A DNA stretch of 54,045 nucleotides, taken from assembly GCA_043813255.1 (NCBI GenBank), contig JBDRLG010000150.1, positions 1 through 54,045 on the forward strand. The letters run 5' to 3'. Source of the DNA: Candidatus Omnitrophota bacterium (GTDB lineage Bacteria; Omnitrophota; Gorgyraeia; Gygaellales; Profunditerraquicolaceae). Below are positions 1 through 9,021 of this stretch, piece after piece. The translations under genes were made by a program, and so were the position numbers. The notes below the pieces were generated by a model. That model made no database searches and was not told the DNA's origin. It saw only the letters and a program-made list of their open reading frames with translations. Positions within the stretch are counted from its first letter, which is position 1. Every line of letters begins with the position of its first letter.

Positions 1-140
1 ATTATGACAATTGTTATCGTCGGTAAAATGTTTTTGAGATGTCAATAGCGTGTCATTGCGAGGAACGAAGTGACGAAGCAATCTTCCGTCGTTAAGATTG
101 CTTCGCTCCGCTCGCAATGACACTAATTTGGACAGTAATG
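1..140. repeat. GTCATTGCGAG-family nested palindromic element at the window edge. An inverted copy lies at 53906..54045 and a direct copy at 47171..47300.
   Basis: The core hairpin is gtcattgcgag...gaagcaatct-N-agattgcttc...ctcgcaatgac (50..123). Its unique flank attatgacaattgttatcgtcggtaaaatgtttttgagat recurs, reverse-complemented, at the other window end. Confidence 0.85.
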
Positions 141-163
141 AAATGTTAAAAACGGGTAATTTT

Positions 164-949
164 ATGAATAGAATAGACAGAAAATTTAAACAGTTAAGGG
201 TAAGCGGTAAAAAAGCGTTTATTGCTTTTATTACCGCCGGATATCCCAGCCTTGCAGTTACAGAGAAGTTGATTTTGGAGTTTTCCAAAATCGGCGTTGA
301 TATAATAGAATTAGGCGTGCCTTTTTCTGATCCTATGGCAGACGGGCCTATAATCCAGCAGGCTTCCAAAACTGCGCTTGAAAAAGGCGTCAATTTGGAT
401 AATATTTTCAGCATGGTTAAAGAATGCCGTAAAAAAACCGATATTCCAATTTGCCTGATGACTTATTATAATCCTGTGTTTCGCTATGGAGAAAAAAGGT
501 TTACTAATAGAGCTAATCTTTCAGGCGTAGATGGTGTTATTATTCCTGATTTAATACCTGAGGAAGCAAAATCCTTTATAAAATGCGCCAGAGCGGATAA
601 TTTAAGCACAATATTTTTTCTTGCTCCTACTTCCACAAAAGAGCGGATAAAATTAATATCTTCAGTTTCAACGGGGTTTATTTATTATGTTTCTTTAACC
701 GGCGTTACCGGGCCGCGCAAAAACCTGCCGGAAGATTGTATTAAAAACATTAGTTTAATTAAACAGAATACTCAGAAACCGGTTTGTGTTGGTTTTGGAA
801 TTTCCACATCCGGGCAGATAAAAGAAATAAATAAAAATGCCGATGGCGTAATTATCGGCAGTTCTATTGTGGCTAAGATTAAAGAGAATATTGGGAATTC
901 AGATTTGGTAAGTAAAGTAGGCGGGTTTGTTAAGGATTTGATAAGATAA
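164..949 (+). CDS. trpA: tryptophan synthase alpha chain
   Basis: The protein has the motifs FITAGYP, ELGVPFSDPMADGPIIQ and YVSLTGVTG. I start it at the ATG at 164 because the 98..163 extension in the ORF track reads through the repeat hairpin. Confidence 0.9.
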   Translation: MNRIDRKFKQLRVSGKKAFIAFITAGYPSLAVTEKLILEFSKIGVDIIELGVPFSDPMADGPIIQQASKTALEKGVNLDNIFSMVKECRKKTDIPICLMTYYNPVFRYGEKRFTNRANLSGVDGVIIPDLIPEEAKSFIKCARADNLSTIFFLAPTSTKERIKLISSVSTGFIYYVSLTGVTGPRKNLPEDCIKNISLIKQNTQKPVCVGFGISTSGQIKEINKNADGVIIGSSIVAKIKENIGNSDLVSKVGGFVKDLIR

Positions 950-976
950 CGTAAATTTGATATAAACCTAATTTAT

Positions 977-1032
977 GGTAGCCGCAGGCTTTAGCCTGCG
1001 TTTTATTACGCAAGCTGAAGCTTGCGGCTACC
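977..1032. repeat. REPIN-like doublet (GGTAGCCGC-hairpin, spacer, hairpin-GCGGCTACC)
   Basis: The sequence is ggtagccgcaggctttagcctgcg-ttttatta-cgcaagctgaagcttgcggctacc. It has a GTAG head and two inverted short hairpins. Confidence 0.8.
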
Positions 1033-1099
1033 AGTATAATCATGTTTTTTCTTCTCTCTAACGGGAAGAGGGAAATTAAAAATAGAAAGGCGGTAATTA

Positions 1100-2368
1100 G
1101 TGTATAAGAAGACAGTATTAGATAATGGCTTAAGGATAATTACTCATAGTATGCCTAAAATGAAATCCGTTTCTTTGGGGATATGGTTAAAGGTCGGCGG
1201 AAGGTATGAGACTGTGGAGAATAAAGGGATAAGCCATTATCTTGAGCATCTTTTGTTCAAAGGCACCAAGAAGTATTCTTGCCGCAAGCTTAAAGAGTCT
1301 ATTGAAGGGGTGGGAGGGGCGTTAAACGGTTTTACTTCCGAAGAAGTGACCTGTTATTTGGTAAAGCTTCCTCATCGTTACCTTAAATTAGGGCTTGAGA
1401 TTCTTTCTGATATGGTAATAAACCCTTTGTTGCCGCAGGCTGAGGTAGAAAAAGAGAGGACAGTTATTTTAGAAGAATTAAAGATGTACAGGGATTTGCC
1501 TCAAAGCTATGTTTATGAGCTTTTAGATGAGTTGTTATGGCCGGGACAGATTTTGGGATTAAGCGTTATTGGTTCAGTTGAGTCAGTAAGTTCAATTAAG
1601 AAAGAAGATTTATACTCGTATAAAAACAGGCATTATACGCCGTTAAATACTGTTATCAGCGCGGCAGGGTTATTGGAGCATGATCAACTGGCAAAGGATG
1701 TATCAGGTATTTTCTCCGGTTTAAATGATAAGAACATAAATAAATTCCTTGAGGTGAAAGAAGCGCAATCAAAGCCTCAGTTAAAAGTATTAAATAAAGA
1801 TACTGAGCAGACTCATATTGCTATCGGCTTTCATAGTTTTAAAAGAGAGCATCCTTTGAAATACGCGCAAGGATTATTGCATGTGATTTTAGGGGCGAAT
1901 ATGTCAAGCCGGCTGTTTAATGAAGTCCGGGAGAAAAAAGGGTTGGCTTATGAAATCGGTACCGGAGTTAAACGTTATCAGGATACTGGCGCGTTTCTGG
2001 TTCACGCGGGAATTGATAACCGCAAAGTCGCACAGGCAATAACAGTGATTTTAAAAGAATTGGAAAAAATCAGGGATAAGCAGGTAAGTGAAAGCGAATT
2101 TAAACGCGCCAAGGAATTCTTCTTGGGGCAATTGGAGTTATCTTTGGAAGAGACCATGGATAATATGCTTTGGATTGGCGAATCAATGATTAGTTCCGAT
2201 AAAGTTTGGACATTTGAAGATATTGTTAAAGAAGTAAATAAGCTAAAACCGCAGGATATTAAAAAAGCGGCTGAGGCTATATTCAGGGAGAATAAGATAA
2301 ATCTTTCGATAATCGGCCCAGTCAAGGATAATCAGGCGGATATTTATAAAGCGCTTAAACTGGGATAA
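1100..2368 (+). CDS. M16 (pitrilysin/insulinase) family zinc peptidase
   Basis: The inverted zinc motif HxxEH is present (GISHYLEHLLFKG). Length and two-domain layout fit the M16 family. The start codon is GTG. Confidence 0.85.
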   Translation: MYKKTVLDNGLRIITHSMPKMKSVSLGIWLKVGGRYETVENKGISHYLEHLLFKGTKKYSCRKLKESIEGVGGALNGFTSEEVTCYLVKLPHRYLKLGLEILSDMVINPLLPQAEVEKERTVILEELKMYRDLPQSYVYELLDELLWPGQILGLSVIGSVESVSSIKKEDLYSYKNRHYTPLNTVISAAGLLEHDQLAKDVSGIFSGLNDKNINKFLEVKEAQSKPQLKVLNKDTEQTHIAIGFHSFKREHPLKYAQGLLHVILGANMSSRLFNEVREKKGLAYEIGTGVKRYQDTGAFLVHAGIDNRKVAQAITVILKELEKIRDKQVSESEFKRAKEFFLGQLELSLEETMDNMLWIGESMISSDKVWTFEDIVKEVNKLKPQDIKKAAEAIFRENKINLSIIGPVKDNQADIYKALKLG

Positions 2369-2401
2369 AAGTAGTAATAATATAAAAATCCGAATTCAAT
2401 T

Positions 2402-2567
2402 CCTCTTCCCTTGGAGACTGTGCCAAATGAAGCTTTTAGGGCCATTTGTGTCATTGCGAGGAGTGAAACGACGAAGCAATCTCTACGAGGATTAAGATTG
2501 CTTCGCCCTTCGGGGCCCGCAATGACATTGAAAAAGGCCATTTGACCCAGTCTCACAAGGGGGAGGG
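2402..2567. repeat. ~170-bp four-level nested palindrome, GTCATTGCGAG family (copy 1 of 3 long copies)
   Basis: Four nested stems are visible: cccttggagactg/cagtctcacaaggg, ccaaatga/ccatttg, gtcattgcgag/cgcaatgac and gaagcaatct/agattgcttc. Homologous copies lie at 13644..13820 and 40156..40331. Confidence 0.85.
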
Positions 2568-2598
2568 AAGTAATCATATTACACAAGGGAGTTATTTA

Positions 2599-3630
2599 AT
2601 GAACCTGATGTTTTCCCTTCCGGGAACACTGATTTTATTGTTTCTCTTAGCCCTCATTTCTTTTTTCTTTTCTGCTTCGGAAACCGCGATTATAGGATTG
2701 AGTAAGATACGCCTGCGCCATATGATCTCCAAGGGCATAAAACAGGCGGAAAAAATCCAGAAATTAATTACAAGTTCGGATAAATTTATTGCCGCTATTC
2801 TTATTGGCAACGATTTTATGAATATCGCTATTTCAGCGATTGTTACTGCTATAGCCGTGCAGGTATTCGGTTATCATTGGGGCGTGGTTATAGCTACTTT
2901 TGTTTCTGCTTTTTTTGTGCTTATCTTCTGCGAAATAACCCCTAAAATTCTCGCCATAAAACACAGCGAAAAAACCGCTTTATTGACTGCTCCTATAATG
3001 ATTGTGTTTATAAAAATCTTTAATCCGGTTATAAGTATTTTTACTTATACAAGTAATTTTATATTAAGGCTTTTGAGGGTAAAGCCTAATAAAAGGTCGC
3101 CGTTAATTACAGAAGAAGAACTGCGCACTATGATAGAGATAGGCAAGGAAGAAGGGGTTTTAAGCGATGAAGAAAGAAAAATGCTGCACCGTATTTTTGA
3201 GTTTGGCGATACAAAAGTAAAAGAAGTAATGGCTCCAAAAGAAAATATTGCCGCGGTAAGCAATACTGTAAGTTCCGATCAATTGCTTGATATTTTTGTG
3301 GAAGAGGGGTATGCCCGCCTGCCGGTTTATCAGGGGGATTTGAATAATATAATCGGCATAGTTTACGCTAATGATTTGTTGTATATCTTAAAGGATAAAG
3401 GGTTATTTCTTTTGCATGATCTTTTGCACAAACCCTATTTTGTGCGCGCGGGCATGCGGGTAAATGAGCTGTTAAGAATATTTCAAAAAGATAAAATCCA
3501 GATGGCTATTGTGCTTGATGAGCAGAAAAATACGATTGGTTTGGTTACCTTAGAGGATTTGATGGAAGAAATCGTAGGAGAAATTGAAGAGGAAAAAATA
3601 GCCCACCCGCATAAGAAGCGCGCGAAATGA
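2599..3630 (+). CDS. CNNM/HlyC-CorC family membrane protein (DUF21 transmembrane domain plus CBS pair)
   Basis: The N-terminus has multiple TM helices, followed by the LITEEELRTMIEIGKEEGVL motif and a CBS pair. I start it at the ATG at 2599, behind an AAGGGA RBS, because the upstream extension lies in the repeat. Confidence 0.8.
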   Translation: MNLMFSLPGTLILLFLLALISFFFSASETAIIGLSKIRLRHMISKGIKQAEKIQKLITSSDKFIAAILIGNDFMNIAISAIVTAIAVQVFGYHWGVVIATFVSAFFVLIFCEITPKILAIKHSEKTALLTAPIMIVFIKIFNPVISIFTYTSNFILRLLRVKPNKRSPLITEEELRTMIEIGKEEGVLSDEERKMLHRIFEFGDTKVKEVMAPKENIAAVSNTVSSDQLLDIFVEEGYARLPVYQGDLNNIIGIVYANDLLYILKDKGLFLLHDLLHKPYFVRAGMRVNELLRIFQKDKIQMAIVLDEQKNTIGLVTLEDLMEEIVGEIEEEKIAHPHKKRAK

Positions 3631-3667
3631 TGCTAAGATCTGATAGAAGAGAATGGAGGATAGGTGA

Positions 3668-5524
3668 ATGATTAAGAAAACGCGAAAAATATCTTTTCCA
3701 ATAGTTGGTATTGGCGCTTCCGCCGGCGGATTAGAGGCGTTTAAAGAATTGCTTAATTACCTGCCAGCCAAGACAGGCATGGCATTTGTATTAATTCAGC
3801 ATCTTGCCCCGAATCATGAAAGTATGTTAACTCAGCTTCTATCACGTTCCACAGTAATACCTGTAGTAGAAGCCAAAAATAATATGTTTATAAAGCCAGA
3901 CCAGATATATGTAATAGCTCCTAATACCAACATAGCTCTGTCAGGCAGGGTATTAAAGATTAGCAAAAGAATAATACTTCATGAGCAATATATGCCAATA
4001 AATTATTTTTTTCAATCGTTGGCTAAAGGCCACGGCAATAACTCGGTAGGAATTATTCTTTCAGGAAGCGCTTCAGATGGTGTTTTGGGGCTGGAGGAAA
4101 TAAAAGCGCAGGGCGGGGTTACTTTTGCTCAGGATGAAAAAACAGCAAAATATGACAGTATGCCGCATAGCGCTATTATGACAGGCTGCGTGGATTTCAT
4201 TCTTGCGCCTAAAGATATAGCAAAAGAACTTTCTAAAATCGCCGCGCATCCTTATATTAACCCTGCCAGCCAGAAATATATCCAGGAAGAAATATTAGAA
4301 GATAGCGAAGGGCTTAATAAAATTTTCGCTTTATTACATAAAACACAGGGCATTGATTTTTCAGGTTATAAACTTGCAACTATCAGGCGGCGCATCAAAC
4401 GGCGCATGATTTTAAACCAGATAGAAAATTTAAATAAATACATTCATTATTTAGAGATTAATCCTCCTGAAATTGAAGCCTTGCGCAAGGATATGACAAT
4501 AACTGTTACCAGTTTCTTTCGTGACCCTAAAGTATATAAATTATTGAGAAGTAAAATATTCCCCGCGATTATTAAAAAAAGGGTTCAGGGGGAGCCTTTT
4601 AGAATATGGGTCCCGGGTTGCTCTACTGGCCAAGAGGTTTATTCTATTGCTATAGTGCTTATTGAGTCTTTAGGATACAGGGCAAAAGATATCCATATCC
4701 AGATTTTTGCTTCGGATATAAATGAAGAAGCTATTAATAAAGCGCGCAAAGGGATTTATACAAAGGATATGGTTAATACTGTTTCAAAAGAGAGGCTAAA
4801 GCGTTTTTTTGTGAAAAAGAATGGAGGTTATCAGGTTGTTAAGGCTATCCGTGAACTATGTGTTTTTGCCCGGCAGGATGTGACTATTGACCCTCCTTTT
4901 TCAAATCTGGATATTATTAGTTTTCGCAATGTATTGATTTATATGAATCCGGTATTACAAAAGAAGGTTTTGTCTATTCTGCATTATGCTTTGAAACCAG
5001 AAGGGTTTTTAATTCTTGGGGTTTCAGAGAGTATTGGCGTGTTAGCAAAGCCGTTTAAGGTTGTAAATAGAGAGTTAAAAATATATTCTAATAAATATTT
5101 TCCCGCGGCAAGGGAATTTGTTTTTAGCCCGCTCAGGCATGTTCTTAAAAAAGAAATTTTAGATAAAGAAAATGTTATGCCTGATTTAGGCGGTTTTGAT
5201 ATTCAAAAAGAAGCTGACAGCTTTATATTATCAGAATATTCTCCTTCAGGAGTAGTTATTAACAGTAATATGGAAATTATACAATTCCGCGGGCGGACCA
5301 GTTTATATCTTGAACCGGTATCAGGGCAGGCGAGTTTTAACCTTTTGAAAATGCTTAAGCAGGGGCTGGCTTCAGAAGTACAGGAAGCCGTATATAAGGC
5401 GCAAAAAAGCGGCCGGGCATTAAAAAGGGAAGGTTTGCAGGTAAAACATAACGGAGGGTATTTAAGTGTTAAAGTAGAAATAATGCCTTTTGAGAATCAT
5501 AAGACTAAAGAGAAATATTTTTGA
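3668..5524 (+). CDS. CheB-type methylesterase / CheR-type methyltransferase fusion. This is the N-terminal portion of a CheB/CheR-PAS-histidine kinase that is interrupted at 5518..5524.
   Basis: The CheB signature is VGIGASAGGLEAF. The CheR SAM-binding region is FFRD...RIWVPGCSTGQEVYSIA...ASDIN. The ORF ends in ...EKYF-TGA. Confidence 0.8.
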   Translation: MIKKTRKISFPIVGIGASAGGLEAFKELLNYLPAKTGMAFVLIQHLAPNHESMLTQLLSRSTVIPVVEAKNNMFIKPDQIYVIAPNTNIALSGRVLKISKRIILHEQYMPINYFFQSLAKGHGNNSVGIILSGSASDGVLGLEEIKAQGGVTFAQDEKTAKYDSMPHSAIMTGCVDFILAPKDIAKELSKIAAHPYINPASQKYIQEEILEDSEGLNKIFALLHKTQGIDFSGYKLATIRRRIKRRMILNQIENLNKYIHYLEINPPEIEALRKDMTITVTSFFRDPKVYKLLRSKIFPAIIKKRVQGEPFRIWVPGCSTGQEVYSIAIVLIESLGYRAKDIHIQIFASDINEEAINKARKGIYTKDMVNTVSKERLKRFFVKKNGGYQVVKAIRELCVFARQDVTIDPPFSNLDIISFRNVLIYMNPVLQKKVLSILHYALKPEGFLILGVSESIGVLAKPFKVVNRELKIYSNKYFPAAREFVFSPLRHVLKKEILDKENVMPDLGGFDIQKEADSFILSEYSPSGVVINSNMEIIQFRGRTSLYLEPVSGQASFNLLKMLKQGLASEVQEAVYKAQKSGRALKREGLQVKHNGGYLSVKVEIMPFENHKTKEKYF

Positions 5525-7410
5525 TCCTATTTGAAAAGGAGCGTGGGCAGGAATACGCCGCGCAAAAGGATACTGAGGGGTATGATAAAAAAATAACTAA
5601 AATAATCCCGGAGGCTGAAAACGCGAGAATTAAAAGGCTAAAGCGTGAATTAGAAGCGGCCAGGGAATACCGGGAAGCTGTTATTGAAGAAAAAGAACTT
5701 ATTACTGAAAAGCTTACATCCGCTAATGAAGAAATTCAATCAAGCAATGAAGAATTGCAGAGCACAAATGAAGAACTTGAGACTTCAAAAGAAGAATTAC
5801 AGTCATCTAATGAGGAGCTGGTTACATTAAACGAAGAATTGCAGAACCGTAATAAAGCGTTATCCGAGGCTGTAAATGATATCAACAATTTTTTAACCAG
5901 TGTTAATATCCCTATTATTATGCTTGGGTTTAACCTGCGTATCCGCAGGTTTACGCCTACGGCTCAAAAGGCCTTAAATATAATTGACGCGGATATCGGG
6001 CGCAAAATTACTGATATTAAAATTAACATAGATATTCCTGATTTAGAGAAATTGTTTATTGAGGTTATAAATAATCTTAATGTCATAGAAAGAGAAGTTC
6101 AGGATAAGAATGGGCATTGGTACCAGCTTTTCCTCCGCCCATACAGGACTACAGATTACAAAATAGAAGGGGCGGTATTGTCATTGTTGGATATAAACGA
6201 TATTAAAAAAACTCAGCAGCAAATATCCCTGGCGCGTGTATACGCCGAAAATATAATTAATACCCTGCATGAAGCACTTATTGTCTTAAATAAAGATTTT
6301 AAAGTTGTTTCGGTAAACAGGGCGTTTTGTGACACATTTAAGGTTTCGCAGAAGCAAATAATAAATTTGCCTATTTATGAGTTTTCTAAGAGGCAATGGA
6401 ATATCCCGCAGCTGCGTAAATTGCTCAAGGATGTTTTGCTTAAAGGGAAGAGTTTTAAGAATTTTGGATTTGAGCATGAGTTTCCTTTGCTGGGAAAGAA
6501 AGTCTTGTTATTCAATGCCTGCCAGGTGCGCGGCAGCCAGGAGAAAGAAAAAAAGATCCTTCTCGCGATTGAAGATATTACTAAGCAGAGGGAAGTAGAA
6601 AAAAAAGAAAGAGAATTCATCGCGCAGGCCGCCGCCGCGAAAGTGGAGAGAGAAAAGTCTGAAGAGTTAAGAAAAGCTTATGAAGAATTAAAACAGACAA
6701 AATACATGCTTATCCAGTCGGAAAAACTTTCCAGTTTGGGGCAGTTAGCCTCTGGCATAGCCCACGAATTAAACAGCCCTTTAGACGGCTTATTGACTTT
6801 AATACGGATTAACAGAAGAAAAATGAAACAAGGCTCTGCTGAATATAAAGAAGCTGCTTTAATGGTAAGTTCTACTGAATACATGGCTAAAATCATAAAA
6901 GACCTTGGTTGTTTCGCGAGGCAGTCAAAAGCCGTATTTGGCATAATAGATTTGAATGACGCGATAGAATCCACTTTGAGTTTTAGCAGGCAGCAGTTAA
7001 TTGATAAAGGCATAAAAGTAACTAAAAAATATGCTAAACGCCTTTTAAAGATTAAAGCGGATAAAGGGCAGATTCAGCAGATAGTTTTAAATATGATTAC
7101 CAATGCCCGCGATGCCATGCCTAAAGGAGGGAAACTGATAATAAAAACAAGTAATTCCAAAGATGGAAAGAAAGTCTTGGCGGAGTTTATTGATAACGGT
7201 ATAGGGATTAAAAAAGAGCATTTGCCTAAAATATTTGACCCTTTTTTTACCACAAAAGAAGCGGGAAGAGGGATAGGCTTAGGGTTATCAATTTCACATG
7301 GTATAATTAAGAACCATAATGGAGAGATTACAGCTAAAAGCACTTTCCGTCACGGCAGCCAGTTTACTATTGAGCTTCCGGCTGTGAAAACAAAAAGAAA
7401 AAAAGTATAA
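5521..7410 (+). CDS. PAS-domain sensor histidine kinase. This is the C-terminal portion of the split CheB/CheR-PAS-HK and lies in the -1 frame relative to 3668..5524.
   Basis: It has the SNEELQSTNEELETSKEELQSSNEEL coiled coil, PAS regions, the H-box IAHELNSPL, the N-box NMITNARDAM, G1 DNGIGI and G2 GRGIGLGLS. The only available start is the TTG overlapping the upstream stop. Confidence 0.8.
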   Translation: MILFEKERGQEYAAQKDTEGYDKKITKIIPEAENARIKRLKRELEAAREYREAVIEEKELITEKLTSANEEIQSSNEELQSTNEELETSKEELQSSNEELVTLNEELQNRNKALSEAVNDINNFLTSVNIPIIMLGFNLRIRRFTPTAQKALNIIDADIGRKITDIKINIDIPDLEKLFIEVINNLNVIEREVQDKNGHWYQLFLRPYRTTDYKIEGAVLSLLDINDIKKTQQQISLARVYAENIINTLHEALIVLNKDFKVVSVNRAFCDTFKVSQKQIINLPIYEFSKRQWNIPQLRKLLKDVLLKGKSFKNFGFEHEFPLLGKKVLLFNACQVRGSQEKEKKILLAIEDITKQREVEKKEREFIAQAAAAKVEREKSEELRKAYEELKQTKYMLIQSEKLSSLGQLASGIAHELNSPLDGLLTLIRINRRKMKQGSAEYKEAALMVSSTEYMAKIIKDLGCFARQSKAVFGIIDLNDAIESTLSFSRQQLIDKGIKVTKKYAKRLLKIKADKGQIQQIVLNMITNARDAMPKGGKLIIKTSNSKDGKKVLAEFIDNGIGIKKEHLPKIFDPFFTTKEAGRGIGLGLSISHGIIKNHNGEITAKSTFRHGSQFTIELPAVKTKRKKV

Positions 7411-7438
7411 TGATAATATAGGAAAGGAGCAAAGGTAA

Positions 7439-7831
7439 ATGGCAGGGGAAACGATATTAGTAGTTGATGATGTTAAAATTGAATGTGTGGCTTTAAAGAA
7501 GGAATTAAGAGAGGCAGGGTATGAGTGTGAAAGCGCGTTAAGCGGTAAGGAAGCAGTTGAAAAATGCAAACACAAGAAATATGATTTAGTTTATGTGGAT
7601 ATGTATATGCCTGATATAGACGGTATTCAAACCTGTAAGGCTATTAAAAAGGTAATCCCTTCTGCGATAGTAGTCTTTATGACCGGTAAAGTGGATAAAG
7701 ATACTATTTATAAAGAAATAGATTTCATGGAAAAAGGCGGGAAAGTATATTATCTTTATAAACCGTTTAATGAGGGTGAGATTTTAGAAGTGACTAAGAA
7801 GGCTTTAGCTGGATGTGAAAAGAGTTGTTAA
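7439..7831 (+). CDS. stand-alone response regulator receiver protein
   Basis: The receiver motifs are ILVVDDV, DLVYVDMYMPDIDG and a conserved K in YLYKPF. An AGGAG RBS lies upstream. Confidence 0.85.
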   Translation: MAGETILVVDDVKIECVALKKELREAGYECESALSGKEAVEKCKHKKYDLVYVDMYMPDIDGIQTCKAIKKVIPSAIVVFMTGKVDKDTIYKEIDFMEKGGKVYYLYKPFNEGEILEVTKKALAGCEKSC

Positions 7832-7852
7832 AATGTAACGGCAATAATTTTT

Positions 7853-7891
7853 GTTAGATTCCGCTTTTTCTTACGTCAATTATAATAGTAG
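7853..7891 (+). promoter_or_regulatory. conserved 39-nt upstream motif (second copy at 23872..23910), function unknown
   Basis: The sequence gttagattccgctttttcttacgtcaattataatagtagg aligns with gttagatttctctttttctcacgtctattattgtagaagg, matching at about 32 of 39 positions by eye. Confidence 0.4.
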
Positions 7892-7930
7892 GAATAAAAT
7901 AATAATAACGTGAGAAAGGAGAAGGGCGGG

Positions 7931-8956
7931 ATGAAGAATACGATAGGCAAAGAATATATTAAGTTTTTGAATGAAATCAAATCGCGCATTGTTACGGCGC
8001 GGATTCAGGCGATTAGGTCGGTTAATAAAGAGCTTATAAAGTTATATTGGGACATTGGCAGAACTATTGTTGTGAGGCAGAAAAAATATAAGTGGGGAGA
8101 TGCAGTAGTTAAGAGGCTCGCAAATGACCTGAAAGAAGATTTTGGAACTTCTTTTGGTTTTTCAACCCAAAATCTCTGGTATATGCGTCAATTTTATCTT
8201 GAGTATAAAGATGAATCAATTCTCCAACAGCTTGTTGGAGAATTGCCATGGGGACATAATATACTTATTTTTTCCCGAATCAAAAATAAAAAAGAAAGAG
8301 AATATTATTTAAAGGCATCGGCTAAACTCGGTTGGTCAAGAAATGTGTTGTTCAATCAGATAAAAGCCGGAGCATATACATTTTACTTAAAACAAAAAAC
8401 CCATAATTTTTCCAAAGTCCTTCCTTCGTATCTTGCTGAACAGGCGGATGAATCTATAAAAAGCGTTTATAATCTTGATTTTCTTGGAGTAACCAAACCG
8501 GTTTTGGAGCGGGAATTGGAAAAGCGGTTGGTAGATAAGATTAAACGTTTTATACTTGAGATAGGCAAAGATTTTTCGTTCATTGGTAACCAATACCGGA
8601 TTACATTGGGGAATAATGAATATTTTATTGACCTTTTGTTTTTTAACCGCCTATTAAGATGCCTTGTGGCAATTGAGCTTAAGACCGGCAAGTTTGAACC
8701 TGAGTATGCTGGTAAGATGGATTTTTGCCTGCATATATTGGATGAACAAGTAAAATTAAAAGATGAAAATCCATCAATCGGCATTATTTTATGCGCAGTT
8801 AAGGATAACATTGTAGTGGAGTATGCTTTACGCAGTGCCAAGAAGCCCGTGGGAGTTTCAGAATATTATCTTACTGATAAACTACCTAAATATTTGGTTG
8901 GAAAACTTCCTGACGCAAATGCATTGAGATTGCCAATACAAGAGGTGTTGACATAG
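7931..8956 (+). CDS. YhcG-like PDDEXK nuclease domain protein (DUF1016)
   Basis: The motifs WGHNILIF..REYYLKASAKLGWSRNVL and IDLLFFNRLLRCLVAIELKTGKF are typical of DUF1016/PD-(D/E)xK proteins. The ATG at 7931 follows an AGGAG RBS. A GTG at 7910 is an alternative start. Confidence 0.75.
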   Translation: MKNTIGKEYIKFLNEIKSRIVTARIQAIRSVNKELIKLYWDIGRTIVVRQKKYKWGDAVVKRLANDLKEDFGTSFGFSTQNLWYMRQFYLEYKDESILQQLVGELPWGHNILIFSRIKNKKEREYYLKASAKLGWSRNVLFNQIKAGAYTFYLKQKTHNFSKVLPSYLAEQADESIKSVYNLDFLGVTKPVLERELEKRLVDKIKRFILEIGKDFSFIGNQYRITLGNNEYFIDLLFFNRLLRCLVAIELKTGKFEPEYAGKMDFCLHILDEQVKLKDENPSIGIILCAVKDNIVVEYALRSAKKPVGVSEYYLTDKLPKYLVGKLPDANALRLPIQEVLT

Positions 8957-9021
8957 CTTTTAAGCTGTGATATATTTAACAGACATTAAACCTAAACAGT
9001 TTATTTAAAAGGAGGAAACAA

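Noticed and set aside
98-163. N-terminal extensions suggested by the longest-ORF track (98..163 trpA, 2542..2598 CNNM, 40287..40382 rimO, 51989..52090 cheR-like, 29896..29949 smr, 33035..33097, 34579..34611 rpsO)
   Set aside because: The extensions read through repeat hairpins or overlap the previous gene, and they lack homology. Internal starts with good RBS spacing coincide with the start of conserved sequence.
2344-2586. ORF-track proteins lying inside repeats (2344..2586-, 13583..13873-, 13653..13838+, 13693..13908-, 40105..40293-, 40175..40357+, 40206..40397-, 9486..9776-, 20886..21110-, 51355..51543-)
   Set aside because: They are translations of the palindromic elements and give the same peptides in both orientations (for example ...SLLAMTQ... 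and ...IARSETTKQS...). They have no RBS and overlap one another on both strands.
5522-5524. TGA readthrough or recoding (alternative genetic code, selenocysteine) at the end of the CheB/CheR ORF
   Set aside because: Continuing in the same frame past the TGA reaches a TAA within about 25 codons and gives no homologous sequence. Homology resumes in the -1 frame. Many other genes in the window terminate cleanly with TGA.
5700-5860. DNA-level tandem repeat in the histidine kinase gene (SNEELQS/TNEELET...)
   Set aside because: This heptad-like coiled coil is a conserved feature of CheB/CheR-PAS kinases. It is a protein-level repeat, not an unstable microsatellite.
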